Shown here in pieces: positions 7,800 to 14,667 of a DNA stretch of 16,194 nt; positions within the stretch are counted from its first letter, which is position 1, and each line of letters begins with the position of its first letter. The DNA lies in assembly GCA_963777955.1 (NCBI GenBank), contig CAVZSQ010000005.1:1-16194 (forward strand), in the 5' to 3' direction. Source of the stretch: Calditrichia bacterium. GTDB taxonomy: Bacteria; Calditrichota; Calditrichia; JAJRVZ01. Made by a program: the position numbers and the translations under genes. A model generated the notes under the pieces. The model searched no databases. It saw only the letters and a program-made list of their open reading frames with translations, and was not told the origin of the DNA.

Positions 7800-8318
7800 A
7801 TGGAGATAAAAAAGTTATTAATAATACTAATTGTATTCATGATCGGCTGTGCGGGGATCCCTGAAAATGTTAAACCTGTTGATGATTTCAAATTGGAGAG
7901 ATACCTGGGCAAGTGGTATGAAATTGCCAGGATGGATCATTCCTTTGAACGGGGTTTGACTAAAGTAACTGCAGATTACAGTCTGCGGGATGATGGCGGG
8001 GTTCGGGTATTGAATCGCGGCTATTCTGTTGAAGATAGTTCGTGGAATGAAGCCGAAGGGAAGGCTTATTTTGTTAAAGAACCGGATCAGGGTTATCTGA
8101 AAGTTTCCTTCTTCGGCCCTTTTTATGGTTCGTATATCGTTTTTGAACTTGACCACGAAAAATATCAGTATGCACTGGTTTGCGGTCCTAAAAAATCCTA
8201 TTTATGGATTCTGGCCAGAGAACCGCTGTTAAAAGACGATATAAAAGATATGCTCATTGCCAAAGCAGCAGCAGCGGGTTTTGACACGGGCAAACTTCTC
8301 TTTGTCAGACACGACTAA
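7800..8318 (+). CDS. blc: Bacterial lipocalin, outer-membrane lipoprotein Blc family
   Basis: Lipobox MIG-C; RYLGKWYEIAR, FERGL, LKVSFFGPFYGSY, YLWILAR; GGAGG RBS. Confidence 0.92.
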   Translation: MEIKKLLIILIVFMIGCAGIPENVKPVDDFKLERYLGKWYEIARMDHSFERGLTKVTADYSLRDDGGVRVLNRGYSVEDSSWNEAEGKAYFVKEPDQGYLKVSFFGPFYGSYIVFELDHEKYQYALVCGPKKSYLWILAREPLLKDDIKDMLIAKAAAAGFDTGKLLFVRHD

Positions 8319-8353
8319 TCATTTAATCTTCACGCTTTAGTGCAGAGTCTGCC

Positions 8354-8962
8354 ATGGCATCAGGAATTATTAAATTGATCCATAAACTCATCACCTTTTT
8401 CACTCCTCCTAAAAATTGGCAGATACCTGTCATCGTGATCCTGGGGATCCTGGGAGGTCTGGCCCTGCTGATTCTGCGCCTTTCCAACGCCGCATCGTAT
8501 CTCTCCGACAATCCCCGCACCTGCGTCAACTGCCATGTGATGGCTCCCGAGTACGCCACCTGGCAGCACAGCAGTCACACGCGGGTGGCCACCTGCAACG
8601 ACTGCCATGTACCGCAGGATAACCTCTTGCGCAAGTACGCTTTCAAAGCCACTGACGGGATGCGGCATTCCTATGTATTTACCTTCCGCCTCGAACCGCA
8701 GGTCATTCAGATCAAGCCGGCGGGAAAATCAGCCGTGCAGGAGAATTGCATCCGCTGCCATACTGCCCTGCTTGATCGTGTTACCATCCGGAACATATCG
8801 CTGAAAGATTTTCGTCACGGTCAGGGGCAGCTGTGCTGGGACTGTCACCGCGAGACACCTCATGGCCGAGTACACAGTCTGGCCTCGGCACCGTATGCGC
8901 GGGTACCGCGGCTGACTCCGGCCATGCCGGAATGGATCGCAAAGTATATTAAGAAGCGTTGA
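8354..8962 (+). CDS. nrfH: Cytochrome c nitrite reductase small subunit (NapC/NirT-family tetraheme quinol dehydrogenase)
   Basis: N-terminal TM helix; SYLSDNPRTCVNCHVM; four CXXCH motifs (CVNCH, CNDCH, CIRCH, CWDCH); directly upstream of nrfA. Confidence 0.95.
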   Translation: MASGIIKLIHKLITFFTPPKNWQIPVIVILGILGGLALLILRLSNAASYLSDNPRTCVNCHVMAPEYATWQHSSHTRVATCNDCHVPQDNLLRKYAFKATDGMRHSYVFTFRLEPQVIQIKPAGKSAVQENCIRCHTALLDRVTIRNISLKDFRHGQGQLCWDCHRETPHGRVHSLASAPYARVPRLTPAMPEWIAKYIKKR

Positions 8963-8995
8963 TCATGACATTGCTCATTTGTACAGGAGAAAATA

Positions 8996-10466
8996 ATGGC
9001 AACCATTCGTGAACGGATTCGCACCACACCGTGGCTCGGCTGGGTCCTTTTTGCCGCTACGGTGATAATTGTATTTCTGATCGGCCTGTTCGGCGCCTCG
9101 ATCATGGAGCGGCGGGCCGAGGAGGTTCAACTCTTCCAGGTGGTCAAACCCATGGCCCAATGGGAACCGCGGAACGAAGTATGGGGAGAAAACTTCCCGC
9201 GGGAATACGAATCGTATATCGCCACCCGCGACACCTCGTTTTCCAGCAAATACGGCGGCTCGCGTATGCGGGACATCCTGCGTGATGATCCGCGGGCAGT
9301 GATCCTCTGGGCGGGTTATGCATTTTCGCGCGATTACAACCAGGCCCGCGGGCATTACTACGCCATCGCTGATATCCGCCAGACGCTGCGAACCGGTGTG
9401 CCGCAGCCGGCAACCTGCTGGACCTGCAAAAGCACCGATGTACCCAGGGTTATGGACAAAATGGGACCGGCCGGTTTTTATAAATCTGCCTGGGCAGACC
9501 TGGGGGCGGAAATCGTCAACCACATCGGCTGCCAGGATTGTCATGACCCAAAAAGCCTGAACCTGCGGATTACCCGTCCCGCACTGGCGGAGGCGTTTCA
9601 ACGACTGGGGCAGGATGTAAATAAGGCCACTCATCAGGAGATGCGTTCTCTGGTTTGCGCGCAATGTCATGTCGAATACTATTTTAAAGGCGAACACGAT
9701 AAGTACCTGACCTTCCCCTGGGATGACGGCTTCAGTGCCGATTCCATGGAAGCATATTATGATAATAATCAGCACGTTGATTTTGTGCACAAACTGAGCA
9801 GAACCCCGGTCCTGAAAGCGCAGCATCCTGATTATGAGTTATATCGTACCGGTATCCACGCCCAGCGCGGTATCTCCTGCGCGGACTGCCACATGCCCTA
9901 CCGCAGCGAAGGGGGCGTAAAATATACTAATCACTGGATGCGCAGTCCGCTGGCCAACATCGCCGGGTCGTGCCAGGTCTGTCACCGCGAATCCGAAGAG
10001 GAATTAAAGAAAAATGTTTATGACCGGCAGGACCGGGTCAAGGAACTGCTGCTGCTGGCCGAGGACGCTCTGGTGCGGGCCCATCTCGAGGCTGAATATG
10101 CCTGGAGCAAAGGTGCCGTGGACGATCAGATGCAACCGGTACTCAACCTGATCCGTCATGCCCAGTGGCGCTGGGACTGGGTTGCCGCGGCTAACGCAGT
10201 CGGATTCCATTCGCCTGCCGAAGCGTTGCGCACGCTCGGTACGTCAATTCAGAAATCCCAGGAAGCGCATGCCGAACTCGTACGAATCCTGGCCAGACAC
10301 GGGATATTGGAACCTTATAATTTGCCCGATGTCTCGACTAAAGAGAAAGCGCAGCAGTATGTCGGACTGGACATGACCAAGGCCCGGGAGGAAAAGGAAA
10401 AGTTTCTAAAGGAGGTAGTTCTCAGCCTGGGATGAGCAAGCGAAGGCACGGGAAGCGAAATATTAA
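8996..10466 (+). CDS. nrfA: Ammonia-forming pentaheme cytochrome c552 nitrite reductase; last ~14 codons in the +1 frame
   Basis: CWTCK active-site heme motif plus CQDCH, CAQCH, CADCH, CQVCH; CHVEYY and KAQHP motifs; AQWRWD; AGGAG RBS. ORF as read stops at 10435; the +1 frame gives AWDEQAKAREAKY* ending 10466. Confidence 0.95.
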
Positions 10467-10468
10467 AT

Positions 10469-11639
10469 ATGAATAAAATGAATTCATCTTTAAAAACAGG
10501 TATACGAATTTTTAACGGTGTTGCTATTTTTACCGGTGTAATTGCTCTGTTCATGCTGGGTACAGGCAACTGGGGAGGGTTTTTCGGTACCCTGATAATC
10601 AGTTTGGGTTTTTTCGGATTTGCCTGGGCCGGGCAACGTTTGTTTTCAGGTGATGATAACCCTAACCCGCGACAGGGGGTCAGTCAGATAATCGCTGTTA
10701 TATTCGGCGGTGCCGGCGGGATGATGCTGATCGGCAGTGTCTGGTTACTGGTGGAGGGGGAATTCGGCGGATTCATCGGACTGGGCATATTCGGACTGGT
10801 TTTCTGTGCGGTAGCCTATTTCGGTTCGCGCCTTTTCGCCATGCCCAAAGGTATGAAGGAAATTCAGGTCGGTACGGCCAGCAGGGAAATCGGTGGTGTA
10901 CTGGGACAATCGGGCCAGCTCAGCGAAACCAGTTTTATGTATGTCGATGAAAAAATGCCGGAGATCGAGATTAAAAAGATGCAGCAAAAATGGACCGAAG
11001 AGCCCTGGACCCAGCGCGAAGATTGGGCGCAGGGAAAAGTGGTTCAGCAGGGACCGGGCAGTATCCGCCTGCTGATGCGGTTTTACGGTAATATGGAATA
11101 TAATTGCCTGCGGTATCGCCGGATTCGGAATAATAAGTGAATGGGGCCAGCCTGACTTCCCCTGGTTTTTGTTTATTTTTCCCCTTGCCGGACTCGCCCT
11201 GGTGATCTGGACTGTACTTACCTGGATTCGCCGGCGAAAATTCGGAATCAGTATTGTCGATTTGAAAACCGTTCCGTTTTACCTGGGTGATTGGCTGCGC
11301 GGTACCGTGCATACCGGCGTCCGGGTGCGCAATGAACCGGCTAAAGAATTCAAAGTACGGCTGGTTTGCGCGCAGCGAACTTCGGTACTCGACTCAGAAG
11401 GGGAGCGCAGGGTTTCTGAGAAGAATGTCTGGAGCACGGAACAAAAAGTTTATGGCAGTATCGCTGCCAACTCTGATACTTTCGATGTTGCCATCAATCT
11501 GGCCATACCAGGACATCTGCCGCCCACGGCCTTACAACCGGAAGATGATCGGAATCTGTGGCGCCTGGAAATCTCTGCAGCAACCAGAGGCTTGGATTAC
11601 GCCGCGCAATTTGAAGTCCCGGTGTACAATAAGGATTAA
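10469..11639 (+). CDS. Uncharacterised multi-pass membrane protein (~389 aa), split into two ORFs by a +1 frameshift near 11077
   Basis: Removing one base in CTGATGCGG gives LLIGFTVIWNIIACGIAGFGIISEWGQPDFPWFLFIFPLAGL, which reads without a stop into ORF 11169-11639. Confidence 0.7.
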
Positions 11640-11656
11640 ATGGAGGTATCAAAATT

Positions 11657-12007
11657 ATGATGGGATTTAAAGTATTTGTTTCTTTAGTCTCGATCATTTT
11701 ATTGTTTTTTTCATGTAAGGGAAAACCTACTGAAGCAGATACAGCAAGCTTAATGATAATCGTAGTTGATAATGACTCCCAGGAAACTCCGATTGCCGAT
11801 GTCGAAATTATTATTACCCCCGGAAACATCACAAAAAAGACCGACTCGAAAGGATTGTGCCGGTTCGAACTAAGTCCCGGCGATTACTATGTGGATGCCA
11901 GGGTATGTTGTATTGGCCCTGGCTGGATCCAGTACCATGAACCGGTAAACATTATGATAAATGAAAGTAAAATACTGAAACTGCATGGTTGTCTGGCCTG
12001 CTTATAG
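11657..12007 (+). CDS. Small lipoprotein with carboxypeptidase-regulatory-like beta-sandwich and Cys motifs
   Basis: GGAGGT RBS; lipobox FFS-C; VVD..SQETPIADVEI...KTDSKG.CRFELSPGDYYV pattern; CC and C-terminal CLAC. Confidence 0.65.
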   Translation: MMGFKVFVSLVSIILLFFSCKGKPTEADTASLMIIVVDNDSQETPIADVEIIITPGNITKKTDSKGLCRFELSPGDYYVDARVCCIGPGWIQYHEPVNIMINESKILKLHGCLACL

Positions 12008-12107
12008 CGGGATTATCTTTATGAATTTGCCCAACTGCTGTTCCAATAATAAGCAGATATCCGGATAAATGTATAAATGACATAAAAAATAATTTGAGGT
12101 ACTTTAA

Positions 12108-13030
12108 ATGAGAAAATATTTTTTCACGGCCACACTTACAATGCTAATCATTTTTTCAGCAGTTGTAATTTCATTTCAATGTAAAAGTAAACAGGCATAA
12201 AAATAATAATGAACCTGTTGCAGGAGTTTACAGGTTGGTTCGAAGCCAAGGTGGTGGCTGACAGGGTCTGGCGCATCAGTGATCACGGCAGTGATAATAT
12301 GTACCTGGTGGCGGGGGATGAGAAAGCATTGCTGATCGATACCGGTATCGGTGTGGCGGATTTAGCCGAATATATCCGGACCATTACCAAACTACCAGTC
12401 ATTGTAGTCAACACACACGGCCATCCTGATCATGTGGGAGGAAATTTCCAATTTTCAGAAGTGTATGCCCAGCCCATGGATTTCGAACTGACCAACCAGT
12501 TTTCCGGTCAAATCAATCATGAACATACCATTCAAGTGACCATGAAAGATAATCCAGGATTTGTATCTCCTTTTATTAAAGATACAACTGCATATAAAAT
12601 GCCGACCCTGTTACCCATAAAATCAGGATATATATTTGATCTGGGCAACCGGAAACTGGAAGTCATCGAGGTTCCCGGTCATACCAAGGGGAGTATTGTG
12701 CTGCTGGATGCCGCGAATAAATTATTGTTTACCGGGGACAATAATAACACGCTGGTCTGGCTTTTCCTGGACGGCTGCCTGCCGCTGGAGGCGTATTTGC
12801 AGACGTTACAGAAACTCAATGAACGCAATGCCGAATTCGATCATATTCTGCCCGGACATGGGGATGTTCTGGATAAGTCTTTTATAAATGATCAGATAGT
12901 TTGTGCCCAGCAGATCATCAGCGGCGAGTGCAAAGGAGAAAAGTACGAATCCTTTGCCGGCCCGGCCTTGAAATGTACATATCAGAGTGCCAGTATCGCT
13001 TTTAATCCGGATAATATTCATATAAAATGA
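12108..13030 (+). CDS. MBL-fold metallo-hydrolase; lipoprotein-type signal peptide disconnected by frameshift(s) at about 12198-12224
   Basis: LIDTG, THGHPDH, PGHTKG, FTGD, PGHG motifs in 12209-13030; upstream GAGGT + ATG 12108 encodes MRKYFFTATLTMLIIFSAVVISFQ-CKSKQA*. Confidence 0.82.
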
Positions 13031-13055
13031 TAGTGATTATAGAAAGGGATAACAT

Positions 13056-13892
13056 ATGATAAAAAAAATGATATTACTTCCATTGATAGTCATTTTTGAA
13101 ATGGCTTGTTCATCAAATGGTACAGATGCTAAACCCCAAGCTATGCGTATTATGAAGTATGATGAAGTAGCCTTACCAAATGAGGAGGTGCGAGCCGGGA
13201 ACAATGCTTCACTGCCGCGTATGGTAATAAAGAAGGGCTCATTATTGTTAAGAGTAAATAACTATCAGACTTCCTTTGAACTGGTCAAAACAATAGTTCT
13301 GCAGGAGCAAGGATTTATCGTCTCGACACAAGTCGACCAGTATGAAGATAAGGCCACCGGGGGGAATCTAATTATAAAAGTACCATCCGCCCGTTTTGAT
13401 ACAACCATGAGTAAATTAAAATCCATTGCCGATCGCATTGAGAATGAATCCATCAGCGGAAATGATGTCACCGAAGAATTTTATGATCTGCAAGCTCGTC
13501 TGGTTAACAAACGCAAGGTGGAGCAGAGGTTTCAGGAAATTCTGAAGACCGCCAAAACCACCAAAGAAATATTAGAGGTTGAACAGGCTCTGGGAGAAAT
13601 CCGTGAAGAGATTGAACGGATGGAAGGACGCAGTCGTTTTCTTTCAGATCAGGTTAATCTTTCAACTATAGATTTGAAGATTTATGAAACTGATTATGGT
13701 TATTATTATGGCGATCGTACTTTCTTTGCAAAAATCGTTCAAGGATTTAAGAAAGGTCTGACCGTTTTTGGTGATGTGTTGAGTGTACTGATTGTTCTGG
13801 TAATCGCCACAATCCCCATCTGGATTCTTCTGGCATTACTAATATTTATTAGCTTAAAAGTATTCAAGCGTTACAAATCAAAAAGGAAATGA
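13056..13892 (+). CDS. DUF4349 domain-containing protein (probable lipoprotein with C-terminal TM segment)
   Basis: RMVIKKGSL, IKVPSARFD, DVTEEFYDLQARL, ILEVEQAL..IREEIERMEGR..FL.DQVNLSTI; N-terminal MA-C; hydrophobic C-terminus. Confidence 0.85.
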   Translation: MIKKMILLPLIVIFEMACSSNGTDAKPQAMRIMKYDEVALPNEEVRAGNNASLPRMVIKKGSLLLRVNNYQTSFELVKTIVLQEQGFIVSTQVDQYEDKATGGNLIIKVPSARFDTTMSKLKSIADRIENESISGNDVTEEFYDLQARLVNKRKVEQRFQEILKTAKTTKEILEVEQALGEIREEIERMEGRSRFLSDQVNLSTIDLKIYETDYGYYYGDRTFFAKIVQGFKKGLTVFGDVLSVLIVLVIATIPIWILLALLIFISLKVFKRYKSKRK

Positions 13893-14591
13893 AAATGCAT
13901 AAACCCCACTTTGAAATTCATTATGCGGAGAGAATTGGCTGGCTGCGCGCGGCGGTGCTGGGTGCCAATGATGGTATAGTATCAACGGCCAGCCTGGTGG
14001 TTGGTGTGGCTGCCGCCCAGACTTCTCACAGCGGCGTACTGGTCGCCGGTGTGGCCGGACTGGTAGCCGGGGCCATGTCCATGGCCGCCGGAGAATATGT
14101 GTCGGTCAGTTCCCAGGCCGATACCGAAAAAGCAGACCTGGCACGTGAAGGCAAGGAACTGGAAACCGACTGGGCTGCCGAGCATGCGGAACTGGCAGGT
14201 ATCTATGTCAAACGCGGTCTTGAACCGCAACTGGCCGGACAGGTGGCAGAGCAGTTTATGGCCAAAGATGCACTGGCAGCTCATGCCCGTGATGAACTGG
14301 GACTGTCGGAGACGCACAGTGCCCGACCGATCCAGGCGGCCATGGCTTCGGCTGCAACCTTCGCTGTCGGTGCGGCACTGCCGCTGCTCGTAACACTGAT
14401 CAGTCCATTATCAAAGGTCATCCCTTTTGTGGTCGTGAGTTCCCTTATCTTTCTGGCCCTGATGGGCGGTTTACAGCCCCTGGATGGGGGGAGCAAAACT
14501 GGTGGTGGGGACTGTGCGGGTGACTTTCTGGGGAGCCCTGGCTATGGGGCTCACCGCTGCTGTGGGAGCACTCTTTGGTACGGTTGCCTGA
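13889..14591 (+). CDS. VIT1/CCC1 family Fe2+/Mn2+ transporter; last TM helix in the +1 frame
   Basis: WLRAAVLGANDGIVS, AGAMSMAAGEYVSVSSQAD, AHARDELG, PIQAA; +1 frame from about 14481 reads WMGGAKLVVGTVRVTFWGALAMGLTAAVGALFGTVA* (TGA 14589-14591). Confidence 0.88.
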
Positions 14592-14625
14592 AGCAATCCA
14601 TGAACAGGGTACAATATAGCCTGGT

Positions 14626-14641
14626 TTAAAGTACACTTTAA
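14626..14641. promoter_or_regulatory. Perfect 7-2-7 palindrome TTAAAGT-AC-ACTTTAA, putative transcription-factor operator
   Basis: Exact dyad in the intergenic gap, 26 nt upstream of the carboxylesterase ATG. Confidence 0.5.
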
Positions 14642-14667
14642 TACACAAATATCAGAGGTAATGAAAA

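Noticed and set aside
7787..7864. 25-codon out-of-frame ORF starting at ATG 7787 behind AGGAG, overlapping the blc start
   Set aside because: blc has its own GGAGG and an intact signal peptide from 7800; there is no evidence the short ORF is functional.
10433..10435. Selenocysteine or stop read-through at the nrfA TGA
   Set aside because: The conserved-looking tail is in a different frame, so a frameshift explains it and read-through does not.
12029..12070. GCCCAAC followed by a CTGCT…AGCAG hairpin as attC or terminator
   Set aside because: Only a 5-bp stem, no matching GTTRRRY and no U-tract.
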